NCBI GenBank assembly: GCA_016839555.1
Contig: JAEOUA010000010.1
Coordinates: 384,001 to 448,000 of the forward strand
Reading direction: 5' to 3'
From: Promethearchaeota archaeon
GTDB lineage: Archaea > Asgardarchaeota > Lokiarchaeia > Sigyniarchaeales > SOKP01
Length of the DNA stretch: 64,000 bases
Positions 20,569 through 31,683 of the stretch are shown here, piece by piece. The notes under the pieces are model-generated. The model had not been told where the DNA came from and made no database searches. It worked only from the letters and a program-made list of their open reading frames with translations. Both the position numbers and the translations under genes were made by a program. Every line of letters begins with the position of its first letter. Position 1 is the first letter of the stretch.

Positions 20569-21759
20569 TTACTTAAATTTTATGAAAAAAAGATTGCCTA
20601 ATAGTTCAATAAGTTTTCCGGAGGGAATGTCGAGTAAAGTAATTTCTAAACGCCTCCCTCTTTTATCTTCACTGATTCTTACCGTTTTAGAAGCGATAAT
20701 TTTTAACTTATTTAATTGTCGTATATATTTGCGAAAACTCATTTTAACGTGAGGTGTAACATCATATGCTTCACATATAGCTTGATATTCCTTGTATGAA
20801 TCATCAACAATAGTATATGACTCATCAGTTATTTTTAATGACTGGCATATCCCATAAAGAGCCAATAATTCATGATCACTTAATTTATCTATAATGTCAT
20901 CCCGGAAAGTAGGATATACTTCGTTTGATGCTTCACGCACCATTTCGGCGGTAATATTATCAAAACTTTCTTTATCCGCATATAATCCACATTTTCTTAG
21001 AATTTCTATCCCGTGCCTCATGTTTCCATGTTCTACGACAATTTGGCTTATCATCTCCAAGATATTATCAGAAACCACTCCTTCTTTAAATGCGATATCG
21101 CTTCTATATTTAAGAATTTTCAGAGATTCTTCATAATTATATGGGGCTAACTTAATTTTTGAATTCAAGCGACTTAATATTCGTTCTGTTTCGATTCGAA
21201 TCCAATCTTTTGTCCTAGCAACAAGCAGGATTGATAATTTAGCATTTTGATGTCCAAAGGACTCTGAGATATCTAATAATGCCCAAACATCCTTTGGGTC
21301 GAGCAGATGGATCTCATCAATAATTAATAATATATATCCTTTTTCCCGAATTAGTTGGGAAAGAATTAATTTAATTGCTTCATCATCCGAATATCCGCGT
21401 CCAGAACCGTGGGTATATTTGGATAATAATTCCCTTAAAATCATACTTTTAGTGCGAAAATTAATGCAATTAAAGTATTCTATAAATAGATCAATACCCT
21501 CTTCTATAGCAATTTTTTTAAAATTTCTCCCAAAAAATCTGGCTGTCACTGTCTTTCCAACACCTCCTTTACCCGTAAGCAATGTGGTAATAGAAGGTTG
21601 TTGACTTTCATCTATGATTCTTCTAAAAGTATGAATTAATTCTCTAAGTTCATCATCACGGCAGTATAATTTATCTGGAACATAGCTTAAATCCAAAGAA
21701 CTTGCTTGGCGAAACACTGATTTTTTATTAAATTCTGCTCTAAATGCTTCTTCATCCAT
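20569..21759 (-). CDS. cdc6: Orc1/Cdc6 family replication initiator
   Basis: YVPDKLYCRD, Walker A GKGGVGKT, Walker B IIDEIH, sensor GNMRHGI, C-terminal winged helix. Confidence 0.92.
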   Translation of the reverse strand: MDEEAFRAEFNKKSVFRQASSLDLSYVPDKLYCRDDELRELIHTFRRIIDESQQPSITTLLTGKGGVGKTVTARFFGRNFKKIAIEEGIDLFIEYFNCINFRTKSMILRELLSKYTHGSGRGYSDDEAIKLILSQLIREKGYILLIIDEIHLLDPKDVWALLDISESFGHQNAKLSILLVARTKDWIRIETERILSRLNSKIKLAPYNYEESLKILKYRSDIAFKEGVVSDNILEMISQIVVEHGNMRHGIEILRKCGLYADKESFDNITAEMVREASNEVYPTFRDDIIDKLSDHELLALYGICQSLKITDESYTIVDDSYKEYQAICEAYDVTPHVKMSFRKYIRQLNKLKIIASKTVRISEDKRGRRLEITLLDIPSGKLIELLGNLFFIKFK

Positions 21760-22007
21760 CTTTAATAAATTTTCACTACTATTCTAGTTTCTTTCAAGTA
21801 TTTAATAATATAATATTTGAGAGGTAATTTTTCTTATGATATAATATGTTAATATAATATTAATTAATGATCTCTTTAGAATTCTAGAGGTTTCTCAATA
21901 TTTTTTATAATTAATATAATGCTATTTGAAAATAGAAAAATAGAATTATTAAATTCTTTTATGATTAATTAAATTGAAATAATTAATAAAAAGATTAAAA
22001 CTTAAAA

Positions 22008-22940
22008 CTAAAGATCTTCTAATTCTGAATTAGAAAGCGGATGCATTTTAGTATAACTCTGTTTAAGAGTAGTGATATCGTTTTTTGCATAGATTCTTGT
22101 CGTATTCGGACTTGAATGACCCAAAATATCTTGGAGTTCGCTAATATCCATTCCTGATCTCCTCAAATGAGTGGCACCTGTATGTCGAAATACATGAGGA
22201 GTGATTACCTTAGATTCTGCAAATCCACATTTCTCTTTAATGATTTGTATATCATTTTGAATAACTCGAGGACTTAATTGCTCATTTCGGGTATTTACCA
22301 ATAAATAGTCATCAGAATTATACTTAATTTTATTTTTTATATGTTCTTCAATTAAAGATAATGTTTTTTCATCAACAGGAACGATTCTTTCTTTATTTCC
22401 TTTGCCTCTTAAACGAATATACCCTTTCTCGAAATTAATATCTCTTATTCTAATATTACATAATTCACTGACTCTTGCCATTGTTGAGTAGAGCAATCTT
22501 ACCATTAGATAATATCTTTTGCTTTTTTTAGAATTAAAGGTAGTTCTCTCTTTTAAATTCATAAAAATTTTTTGTATATCTTTTAAATCCAAAAATTTCG
22601 GGAGACTTTCTTCTGCCCTGATTTTAGGGCTTCTAATTTTATTCATTGGGTTTTTAGAAAGAAATTCATTCAAAGTAAGAAACTTAAAATAAGATCTAAG
22701 ACATGCAATTTTTCGACTGATTGATTTTTTAGTATATCCTTTATCTTTTAATGCTTTTAAAAATAAGCGTATTTTTTGCCGCATTAATTTATGATCAATT
22801 TCGATGTCTCCAATAATTTTCATAAATTTTTCCAAATCGTATCTATAAGCTCTAATTGTTGACGGCTGGCAACCCTCCTCCACTTCCTTAGCAATTAAGA
22901 AGTCTTGAATAAAATCTGAAATTTTGTAATCATTTTCCAT
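22008..22940 (-). CDS. xerA: XerA/XerC-D type tyrosine recombinase
   Basis: SAM-like N-terminal domain; catalytic R (ARVSE), K (GKGNKER), HVFRH, LGH and Y (TTRIY). Confidence 0.8.
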   Translation of the reverse strand: MENDYKISDFIQDFLIAKEVEEGCQPSTIRAYRYDLEKFMKIIGDIEIDHKLMRQKIRLFLKALKDKGYTKKSISRKIACLRSYFKFLTLNEFLSKNPMNKIRSPKIRAEESLPKFLDLKDIQKIFMNLKERTTFNSKKSKRYYLMVRLLYSTMARVSELCNIRIRDINFEKGYIRLRGKGNKERIVPVDEKTLSLIEEHIKNKIKYNSDDYLLVNTRNEQLSPRVIQNDIQIIKEKCGFAESKVITPHVFRHTGATHLRRSGMDISELQDILGHSSPNTTRIYAKNDITTLKQSYTKMHPLSNSELEDL

Positions 22941-23041
22941 ATTAAATAATGTAATATGGAGATATTACTAAAGATCGTATAATATTTAGGTGATATGGTA
23001 AAAGTTACTAAATAAGTAATCTGAAATAAAAAGTTCATGAA

Positions 23042-23980
23042 TTAATCTTTTTCCATTTGGCGAATATACTTAGCAGCATTTATTCCCGCCCGAGCCCCTT
23101 CCGCAGCAGCAAATACAACTTGAAAAAGTCCCCCCGTCACATCTCCAGCGGCATAAACTCCTTTTAAATTTGTTCTTTGATTATCATCTACCCTAATGTT
23201 TCCTAGTTCATCAAGCTCAACTCCCGCTTTTTTGAAAACTGAATTTGAAGGAACATAAGAAAGGATAAATAACCCATCTAGCTCAATTTCTTTAATCTCA
23301 TTAGTATTTTTTGATCTACAATAAATTTTTTGTAATAAACCTCCGGAATTGGACTCAACCTTGGTTATTTCCATATTATCGATTATAGGAATATTCTTAG
23401 TTTTTACTTCTTCAACTTTACTTGGTAATTGATTTATGGATTTTTTTGTAATTATATTAACATGACATCCCATTTGATCAAGTGCTAATGCATCTTCAAA
23501 AACTTCCTCATCATCTCCATACAGAAAGACTTTTTTATCCTTATAGAGTGGACCATCACAAAGAGCACAATAAGATACTCCATATCCTATTAATTGTGAT
23601 TCTCCTTCAATCAATTCTTTTCTTAATCCTCTTCCGGTACAAATAATAACGGCTTCAGCAGTAATATTTGCAGATCTTGTGGAAATCATATTCTTCCCCA
23701 TCCCTAGCATTAGAGAAATAGCATCTCCTTTAATAATTCGCACATTAGTATTGTTTCTTGCATGGTCTTTGAACTTCTTGAGTAATTCTGTTCCTTCTAT
23801 ATTTTTTTCTCCGAGCCAATTTTGAATTTCTTTGGTCATTTCCAATGCACCTATTTCCTTTCCTTCTAAGACTATTGTATCCCTTTCTGCCCTTCCACAA
23901 TAGATAGCAGCATTTAACCCTGCTGGTCCTGCACCAATAATGCATATGTCACATGTATATTCTTTTAAATATTCTGACAT
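23042..23980 (-). CDS. trxB: Thioredoxin-disulfide reductase
   Basis: IGAGPAG, GVSYCALCDG and GVYAAGD motifs. Confidence 0.85.
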   Translation of the reverse strand: MSEYLKEYTCDICIIGAGPAGLNAAIYCGRAERDTIVLEGKEIGALEMTKEIQNWLGEKNIEGTELLKKFKDHARNNTNVRIIKGDAISLMLGMGKNMISTRSANITAEAVIICTGRGLRKELIEGESQLIGYGVSYCALCDGPLYKDKKVFLYGDDEEVFEDALALDQMGCHVNIITKKSINQLPSKVEEVKTKNIPIIDNMEITKVESNSGGLLQKIYCRSKNTNEIKEIELDGLFILSYVPSNSVFKKAGVELDELGNIRVDDNQRTNLKGVYAAGDVTGGLFQVVFAAAEGARAGINAAKYIRQMEKD

Positions 23981-24446
23981 GATGACTTAATAATCCTTTA
24001 GTTTTATATTGTATATATTGGATAGGTTTTTTTTGAAATTAATTTTTATTCTTTAAAATAATTTCTCCTAAATCTATGGTTATCTTCTTAATTTTAAATT
24101 CCAAATTTATGATATAATGTGCTGATAATATGTAGATGTATATAAAATTTCGCAGAACCTCCCTTTCACGAATATATTATTAGTAAAAAATATTTCAGCT
24201 TTATTTATTGAAAAATTTAATTTCATTAACATTAATTATTTTTATAATACTATATATCAATTATTTTAACCAAAATAATTGAGAAATCAAAGAAAAAGAA
24301 AAGATAATAATAACATTTCCTTTTTTAATATAATAGAGAATAAATATTAGAATTTTAACAATCTCTTTTCATAAAATATAATTTCACCTTTTTATATAAA
24401 ATCTATTTAAGCACTAAAATAAACCTAAAAAGGAAAATAAATAGAA

Positions 24447-24605
24447 ATGGATAAAAAAGAAGAGGAAGAAAAGAAAGAAGCTAAAAAAAATGATGAATCT
24501 GATTATTTGGATAAAATATGGGAAAATTGGTCTTCAAGACGACAATGCGAAAAAACTCACGTTCCAAAATTCATAAAAAAAAAGCAAGATAATTCACGTA
24601 ATTAA
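24447..24605 (+). CDS. Small hypothetical protein (52 aa), below the ORF-track cutoff
   Basis: MDKKEEEEKKEAKKNDESDYLDKIWENWSSRRQCEKTHVPKFIKKKQDNSRN in an otherwise empty intergenic region. Confidence 0.45.
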   Translation: MDKKEEEEKKEAKKNDESDYLDKIWENWSSRRQCEKTHVPKFIKKKQDNSRN

Positions 24606-24693
24606 GGTGAAGTTCCTCTTAATATATTTAATATAAATAAATGAAATCCATTGAAAAAATAAAAGAAAATAAAAAAATTAAATTAAACTTATA

Positions 24694-25431
24694 TTAGCTA
24701 ATTCTGTTTTTTAATTCTGAAAAGTATAATCCCACATCAAGTATTACTACTAATCCTAAACTTGTTAAAATAGATGTCCATTCAATAATAGCGGAAGAAT
24801 TGCCAGTAAAAACAACTAATATATCGAAAATAATGATTATCCATGAATATATTGAAATCAATCGATTCAAATTTAATTGCCAAGCCCAATAACCCGCTAA
24901 AACTTTAATTATAAGTAAAATTATGAAGAATATCATAGTCGCATAATGATGGACCGGATAACTTAACTCCGCATCAATGAGAATCAGAAAAATTCCATCT
25001 TCCGAGAAAACACCAATCAAGATTAATAATACTCCTCCAATAAAGCCTAATAACATTATTATATAGGTTATGATTGTGAAGATTTTATCTCCTTTTTCTT
25101 TATATTGTAAGAATCCCGTAAAAAACAAAAATATGGAAATCCCTGCTAAAATGCAACCAAGGTTGTACCATATAGCGCCTGGATTCGAGATTGAAGGAAT
25201 AAAGAGTTCTGTATATAATTTAAATTCTCCTTCTACTATTCTCCAAACTGGATCGCCATCTGCTGGGACTTCATATCTTCCAAGATCTGATAACCAATGA
25301 TCTAAAGGCGACGCAGGATTTGGAAAAAAACCCCATCCAAGGATTAAAAAGACAATATAAAAAACTATTGTGAGTATTCCCCCTAAATACATCAGATTTT
25401 TTAAATTAAGTATTTTTTTATATTCATTCAT
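24694..25431 (-). CDS. DUF998-like membrane protein
   Basis: SPLDHWLSDLG, YNLGCILAG, LIGVFSE, H and EW motifs in TM segments. Confidence 0.65.
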   Translation of the reverse strand: MNEYKKILNLKNLMYLGGILTIVFYIVFLILGWGFFPNPASPLDHWLSDLGRYEVPADGDPVWRIVEGEFKLYTELFIPSISNPGAIWYNLGCILAGISIFLFFTGFLQYKEKGDKIFTIITYIIMLLGFIGGVLLILIGVFSEDGIFLILIDAELSYPVHHYATMIFFIILLIIKVLAGYWAWQLNLNRLISIYSWIIIIFDILVVFTGNSSAIIEWTSILTSLGLVVILDVGLYFSELKNRIS

Positions 25432-25740
25432 AACAATACTTTTAGAGTGTAATTTATTGAAATAAAATTAATTATTTTTTAATTTAAATTTAAAAAAATA
25501 TTAGATGATTTAATTTAATATTATTTATATCTATTTCTTTCATTGAAAACTTAATAACACAATAATATGAAATTTTTTTTAAGCAAGAAAATTATTAATT
25601 GAAAAATCATGAGATTAATCTAATTTTTTAATGAAAACGAGAATTTAAATGACCTTAGAGCTTAAATATAAACAAATTTTTTGATATTTAGTTAATATAA
25701 TATAAAATATAAACTAATAAATTAAAAATGGAGTTATGAT

Positions 25741-26607
25741 ATGAATTCAAATTTTTTAGAAGATAAAGTAGCACTTATAACTGGAGCAGGAAGTCCTAAT
25801 GGGATGGGTCAGGCAATAGCATTACAACTTGCTGAACATGGAGCAAACATAGTGGTTTCTGATATTGAAAAAGGAACACCCGATCCATTCCAAAAAAATT
25901 ATGGATATGAATTTGGTGCATATAAAGGTCTTGATTTAGCCGTTTCAAAAATCGAAGATTTGGGAAGGAAAGCATTAGCAATTAGAGCTGATGTTAGAAA
26001 TTCAAAAGATGTTAAGTCGCTGATCAAATCCACAAGAAAAGAATTTGGAAGGATAGATATTTTAGTGAATGTTGCGGGGGGAGCATGGGGAACAGCATTA
26101 ATTAAAGACTATGAAGAAAGTGAATTTATAAAAACATTCGATGTGAATATGTTTGGTACCTTCAGAGTTTGCAAATATGCATTGCCCTATCTAATTAGAA
26201 AAAAAGGAGTCATTATTAATTTTTCTTCTGGTGCCGCAAAACGAACCAATATGTTTTATTCAGCATATGCTGCTTCAAAGGCAGCTATAATCTCATTTAC
26301 TGAAACCTTAGCTATTGAATACGGCCCTAGAGGGTTACGGACATTTGCCTTACTTCCAGGAATGATTGAAACTGACTTATCAAAATTCGAAATAGCAGCA
26401 ACTTCTGATATTTTAAATATGCCTATTGAAGAAGTAATAAGACATTATAAAGAGGCAACTCCACTCGGTATATTTGGAAAACCGATTGATGTGGCAAACC
26501 TTGTAACTTTTCTATGTTCTGATAACGCATCATTTCTAACGGGTCTTTCAATTCCTGTTACAGGAGGATTAGATATAGCAAATCCTGTTTCTGAAATAAA
26601 ATTATAA
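25741..26607 (+). CDS. Short-chain dehydrogenase/reductase
   Basis: TGAGSPNGMG, VNVAG and catalytic YAASK motifs. Confidence 0.9.
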   Translation: MNSNFLEDKVALITGAGSPNGMGQAIALQLAEHGANIVVSDIEKGTPDPFQKNYGYEFGAYKGLDLAVSKIEDLGRKALAIRADVRNSKDVKSLIKSTRKEFGRIDILVNVAGGAWGTALIKDYEESEFIKTFDVNMFGTFRVCKYALPYLIRKKGVIINFSSGAAKRTNMFYSAYAASKAAIISFTETLAIEYGPRGLRTFALLPGMIETDLSKFEIAATSDILNMPIEEVIRHYKEATPLGIFGKPIDVANLVTFLCSDNASFLTGLSIPVTGGLDIANPVSEIKL

Positions 26608-26696
26608 ATAAAATAGAGTATCAATGAAATAATCTTTCTTTTTTTTAGTTTACTATTTCAATAAACAATAAAAATAAAAAAAAAATAAAATAAAAT

Positions 26697-28916
26697 TTAG
26701 GGAAATCCAAGAAGACCTACGCCACCACCAACAGCAACAATGAAAATTAAAAATATCGACGCTGTTAATGACATCACTACTAGAAGTGTATTTATACTTG
26801 GTCCTGCTGTATCTTTAAATGGATCACCAACTGTGTCTCCTGTTATAGAAGCTTTATGAATATCAGTTCCTTTTCCACCGAGATTTCCGTTTTCGATCCA
26901 CTTTTTGGCGTTATCCCAAGCGCCACCCGCGTTTGCCATAAAAATCGCAAAGACAAAGCCAGAAAGTATTGCTCCTGCTAAGAAAGCTCCTAAAGCAGTA
27001 ATTCCAAATAAAATACCTACAGCTATTGGAATTAAAATCGATATGATACTGGGTAGAATAAGTTCTCTAAGAGAACCTCTTGTTGCGATATCTATACATT
27101 TATTAAAGTCTGCGGCTACTTCTCCTGTTAAAATTTTAGGGCTTTCTTCAAATTGACGCCTTATTTCATCAACCATTTTTGCTGCATTTCGCTGTACTGA
27201 CATAATAAGTAAAGCGGAAAACAATGCCGGTACTACAACTCCTATAAATGCTCCAATTAATACACTCGGATTTAATAAATCCATTATACCTTTTTGTATG
27301 AATTCTATTAAAGTAGTAGATGGATTAAGTAATGAAAAAATGTTCGGAAACTCTAATCCAAAGATCTCAATCTTAGCAGGGATAGGAATTAGACCTAGAT
27401 TATTAATGACGGATCTAGCTTCTTCTCTAAACGAAAATAGTAAAGCTAATACGGTTAAATTAGCTGCACCAATAGCAAATCCTTTTGTTATAGCTTTAGC
27501 AGTATTACCTGCTGAATCCAAACTATCGGCTATGCGGATAACATCTTCTCCTAATTCACCTTGTTCAGCAATTCCTCTTGCATTATCACAAATTGGACCA
27601 TATGCATCATTAGATACAATTGTTCCCACAATCGAGAGCATTCCTACCGCGGCCATACCAACTCCATAAACTCCAGAGCCGATAAGTACACTTCCTATAA
27701 AGAAGGAAAAGCCCATAGCAACAATTATTCCTAATGCTGGGGGAACAACACTGAGCAGTCCATAAGAAAAACCGCTTAAAACTACAACAGCATCGCCTTC
27801 TTGAGCAGCATGAGCCATATCTCTAGTTGGTTTTTTATCTTCCCTAGTAAAATAGTCGCTTGTCCAACCAATTACGATTCCACTAAGAAGCCCTATCGCA
27901 GCGCATAGCCAAGAACCCCATAAGGCATTGACATCATTCGCAGTTGATACAAAAGGACGTGCTATTAAAATAAAAACTAAAGCTAAACCTATAAAAACAA
28001 GAGTAGCCAGATATGTTCCTCCATTTAATAATTTTCCTGGATCATCGGTTTTCCATATCTTTATGATATAGATTCCAATTATAGAAGCAAATAAACCCGC
28101 TGTAGATAGAAGAATTGGGAGTATTATGAAGACCGCATTATTAGTAAATACCTGAGTCAATGCAGCTGCTAAAAGCATACCAGCAACTATAGAGGCGACA
28201 TAACTGTCAAATAAATCACTTCCCATTCCCGCAATATCGCCTACATTATCACCTACATTATCAGCGATAGAGGCAGGATTTCGTGGATCATCTTCGGGAA
28301 GTTTATATTCAGCTTTTCCTACTAAATCTGCTCCAACATCAGCAGTTTTAGTATATATTCCACCTCCACATTTCATAAAGAGGGCAATACTACTTGCTCC
28401 AAAACTGAATCCTAATACCACACTTACAGGTTTTTCGACTCCTATAGCAGCCATAATCCAATATATTGTGGACACACCGATTAACGCTACCGCAACCACC
28501 GCTAATCCCATAACGCACCCACCAAAAAAGCTTATATCAAAACCCTTTTTTACGCTTATACTGCATCCTTGAGCGGCTCTTGTATTAGCTTTCACACCAA
28601 CTATCATACCCATATAGCCTGCCCACATGGAACCTACAGATCCAATAAGGTAAGCAATCATCGTAAACCAAGAAAATTCTCCAGGATTTATTAAAAAGAG
28701 AAGTGCAATAGCTAGACCAACAACAAAAATTCCAAGAATTTTATATTGAACCTTAAGATATGTTTTTGCACCCTTCTCTATATATCCTGAAACTTCTTGC
28801 ATCCGTTCATTTCCAGGATCTTCTTTCATCACTAATTTACTGAAATACCACGCTAGTGCCAACGAAATAACTCCAGCTATTTCGGGGAAAATTAAAACCC
28901 ACGGTACATTCATCAT
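26697..28916 (-). CDS. hppA: Membrane-bound ion-translocating pyrophosphatase, K+-independent (H+) type signature
   Basis: DVGADLVGKAE, DNVGDNVGD, GGAWDNAKK and GDPFKD motifs; GNTAK (Lys) signature. Confidence 0.95.
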   Translation of the reverse strand: MMNVPWVLIFPEIAGVISLALAWYFSKLVMKEDPGNERMQEVSGYIEKGAKTYLKVQYKILGIFVVGLAIALLFLINPGEFSWFTMIAYLIGSVGSMWAGYMGMIVGVKANTRAAQGCSISVKKGFDISFFGGCVMGLAVVAVALIGVSTIYWIMAAIGVEKPVSVVLGFSFGASSIALFMKCGGGIYTKTADVGADLVGKAEYKLPEDDPRNPASIADNVGDNVGDIAGMGSDLFDSYVASIVAGMLLAAALTQVFTNNAVFIILPILLSTAGLFASIIGIYIIKIWKTDDPGKLLNGGTYLATLVFIGLALVFILIARPFVSTANDVNALWGSWLCAAIGLLSGIVIGWTSDYFTREDKKPTRDMAHAAQEGDAVVVLSGFSYGLLSVVPPALGIIVAMGFSFFIGSVLIGSGVYGVGMAAVGMLSIVGTIVSNDAYGPICDNARGIAEQGELGEDVIRIADSLDSAGNTAKAITKGFAIGAANLTVLALLFSFREEARSVINNLGLIPIPAKIEIFGLEFPNIFSLLNPSTTLIEFIQKGIMDLLNPSVLIGAFIGVVVPALFSALLIMSVQRNAAKMVDEIRRQFEESPKILTGEVAADFNKCIDIATRGSLRELILPSIISILIPIAVGILFGITALGAFLAGAILSGFVFAIFMANAGGAWDNAKKWIENGNLGGKGTDIHKASITGDTVGDPFKDTAGPSINTLLVVMSLTASIFLIFIVAVGGGVGLLGFP

Positions 28917-29157
28917 TTTTACATCAAATTATAATTTTTTTTCAAATATTTTTATTAAATTAGAAAGATATTTTTAATTATTGTAAATTTCCTTTAAATT
29001 TTTTGATCTTTCTAAATTTTTTATTTTCATACTCATAATTAGAGATTTCTTCTTTTCTATAATATTCCGACTCTAAGTTTATGAAGAAAAAGAATTAATA
29101 TAAATTCTTAAAATAGTGAAATATTTTTTAGAAGAAACTCATAAGATTTCCTTGAGG

Positions 29158-29170
29158 AAAAAAATATAAG
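29158..29170 (+). promoter_or_regulatory. Probable BRE/TATA box of the RNase P RNA gene
   Basis: Purine run plus AATATAAG about 22-29 nt upstream of the predicted RNA 5' end. Confidence 0.4.
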
Positions 29171-29191
29171 CTTCGAATCATATATAAATAT

Positions 29192-29524
29192 GGGACAGAT
29201 GAGGTTTGAGGCTGACGGTAAGCAATCACTTGCTGAGGAACCTCGCCTCATTCTCCAAGCAAGGCATAGGAAAACCTATGACGGTGAAAACCGTATTTTA
29301 GCAATAGAAACGGAACTGCCTTTATGGATATATTGATGATTTGGAATTAAGCCAAAGAAATTTCATAAGGGAATGGTTGAAACGAGCTAAAACCTTGGTG
29401 CAAGGCCAAATAAAAGCGATGAGCACTTGGAGGGAGCTTTAGGTAGGCCGCTTAGTTTAATGCCTCAACTAACTCTTGGCGACGAGAGTAGTACAGAAGG
29501 GCGGGTATAAGCCTCAGATGTCCT
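29192..29524 (+). ncRNA. rnpB: Archaeal RNase P RNA
   Basis: Terminal GGGACA/TGTCCT and TGAGGCT/AGCCTCA pairing; conserved GAGGAA, GCAATAGAAA, TTGAAACG, GTGCAAG and ACAGAA elements; P4 pseudoknot ACC(T)CGCC pairs with GGCGGGT; GC-richer non-coding island. Confidence 0.93.
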
Positions 29525-29670
29525 TAAAACTTTATTTTATTGTTTATTATTGAAACGTTCTAAATTTCCTATATTCTATAAATCTCTTTAATTCTTTTAT
29601 TGTAAATTTTTTAAGAATAGAATAAAAAAAGATAATGTTTTAAAGATTTATCTTTTCTTTTTAAGGAGGA

Positions 29671-29877
29671 TTATTTATTAAGAACAAGATGAGCGAAATA
29701 TTCAAAGTCTCTATTATAAGTTTTTTCTGCTTGTTTCGATATCTTTGCGAAGACACATCCAGGTAATTCGTTCATCGAAAGATGATATTTTATACACTCA
29801 CAGCATTTACCTCGCCGAGAACTATTATAAGTGCAAGGACATGTTTCTCTTAATTGATCTTGGTTGCATTCCGTCAT
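29671..29877 (-). CDS. Small Cys-rich protein (DUF6485-like)
   Basis: CPCTY...GKCCECIKYH...ELPGC...AEKTYNRDFEYF. Confidence 0.7.
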   Translation of the reverse strand: MTECNQDQLRETCPCTYNSSRRGKCCECIKYHLSMNELPGCVFAKISKQAEKTYNRDFEYFAHLVLNK

Positions 29878-30224
29878 AAAACCTAATGATTTTGTTTTTA
29901 TTATTTATTGTTTTGAAATTAAGAAAAGAATAAAAATTTAATATATTTAGAAGAATTTAGAAATCAATTTTGATACTTTTTAATTCTCCGTATTAAATTT
30001 AACTTAACTGAATGAATTAAATAAATTCTATATTTGTAATAAGAATCCTATTTTTCTTTTATTAGCTTTAATTTAAATTTAGTTAAAGAGAAAATTTTTC
30101 AATGTTTAATACAACAATTTTATATATGTAAATTCTCTATCAATTATTATTAATTTTATGAGAAATTAAGAAAGATATACATAATTATAATCCATATGAT
30201 AAAGAATGATTATATCTAATCTCA

Positions 30225-30764
30225 GTGAATAACTTGGAAAAGAGAAAATATTTTTTTAAGGTATTAGTAGCAGGACCACCAGGGGCAGGAAAAACATCTT
30301 TATTAAGGCGTTATATTAAGGGTAAATTTGACGAAAGTACACTCATGACTATTGGAGTGGATTTTTATTATAAAGTTTTAGAATTTAATGAAGATTTAAC
30401 TTGCTCTCTCCAACTCTGGGATTTTGGGGGACAAAAGCAGTTCGAAAAACTTCATGAGACCTATGTAAAGGGAGCTAGTGGCGCGCTTCTTTTGATCGAT
30501 TTAACTCGGATTCCAGATATGGATATAGTTATTAAATGGATGAATATTGTTCGATTAGAAAAAGAAAACCTTCCTGTAGTAATTCTTGGAAGTAAAGCCG
30601 ATCTAAAAGAGTTAATTATAGTGGACGAAGGTTTTATGAAAAAGATAATGGATATATTCAATATTAATCATTATCTTAAAACATCTGCAAAAACAGGCGT
30701 AAATGTTGATAAGGCATTTCGATTTATTGTGGAGGAAATACTAAAAAAGAAAAGGATTATCTGA
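30225..30764 (+). CDS. Rab-like small GTPase
   Basis: GPPGAGKTS, MTIGVDF, WDFGGQ, SKAD and TSAK motifs. Confidence 0.92.
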   Translation: MNNLEKRKYFFKVLVAGPPGAGKTSLLRRYIKGKFDESTLMTIGVDFYYKVLEFNEDLTCSLQLWDFGGQKQFEKLHETYVKGASGALLLIDLTRIPDMDIVIKWMNIVRLEKENLPVVILGSKADLKELIIVDEGFMKKIMDIFNINHYLKTSAKTGVNVDKAFRFIVEEILKKKRII

Positions 30765-30876
30765 AAATAAAAGAATTATTCTACTTTTTAGAATTATTTG
30801 TAATTATATGAACTAATGAAGTTTATGCTTATTATGTTAAATAATCCACCTATATAATAAATAAAAAAATTATGAA

Positions 30877-31680
30877 ATGAAAGATGAATTAATATTTCTT
30901 GGGACTGGAGGAGGAAGACATCATATTAGAACTCAATATCGAGCTACGGGAGGGTTTTTATATAAATTTAATGAAATTCAAGCCCATATTGATCCTGGTC
31001 CGGGAGCGATAGTAAGAATTAATCAGTTCGATGAAGATCCTGCTAAAACGGACTTATTCATTGTTACACATTTTCATTTAGACCATTATTCTGATCTAAG
31101 TGCTATTATTGAAAGCTCCCGCAAAATCTTACACGATAGGAATTATAATTACTTTAAAAAAGGCACCCTCATCACTACGAATCAGGTATTGAAATATATC
31201 TCGGAATATCATTTAAATATGGTGGAAAAGATAGTAATATTCCATGCTGGTGAGGTGATGATGTATAAGGGAGTAAATATAATAGGAACAAAAATAAAAC
31301 ATTCAGATATAGAAGGATTCGGACTTAAATTTAATCTTAGTGATTATACTTTAGGGTATACTAGTGATTCCACCGTGTTTGAAGGATTTGCAGAACAATT
31401 TAACAATACTGATGTTCTCATTTTAAATCTATTACGGCCTGATTCTATCGTGTGTAAAAAACATTTATGTACAGATCAAGTTATTCCTTATTTAAATAAA
31501 ATTAATCCTAAACCTGCCACAATTATTCTAACTCATTTTGGGGCTTATATGGACAGTCCTTTATCAAAAAAAAATTTTGTACCAAGTCAAGTTGAGAAAA
31601 TAAAAAAGCTTACTAATATTAAAAAAGTAATCGGGGCGTATGATGGGTTAAAACTTAAAATTGAGAAGTTATTGAAATAA
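30877..31680 (+). CDS. MBL-fold metallo-hydrolase (archaeal type)
   Basis: FLGTGGGR, DPGPGA, THFHLDH and THFG motifs. Confidence 0.85.
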   Translation: MKDELIFLGTGGGRHHIRTQYRATGGFLYKFNEIQAHIDPGPGAIVRINQFDEDPAKTDLFIVTHFHLDHYSDLSAIIESSRKILHDRNYNYFKKGTLITTNQVLKYISEYHLNMVEKIVIFHAGEVMMYKGVNIIGTKIKHSDIEGFGLKFNLSDYTLGYTSDSTVFEGFAEQFNNTDVLILNLLRPDSIVCKKHLCTDQVIPYLNKINPKPATIILTHFGAYMDSPLSKKNFVPSQVEKIKKLTNIKKVIGAYDGLKLKIEKLLK

Positions 31681-31683
31681 TTA

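Noticed and set aside
21760-22007. Replication origin next to cdc6
   Set aside because: AT-rich, but I could not find repeated ORB or mini-ORB motifs or G-strings.
22008-22940. Integrase of a mobile element
   Set aside because: It is flanked by housekeeping genes, with no att repeats, tRNA target or cargo. It looks like the chromosomal Xer recombinase.
30815-30842. dif-like site (TTATGTTAAAT matches a bacterial XerD arm)
   Set aside because: There is no matching left arm or inverted symmetry, and a chance match is likely at this AT content.
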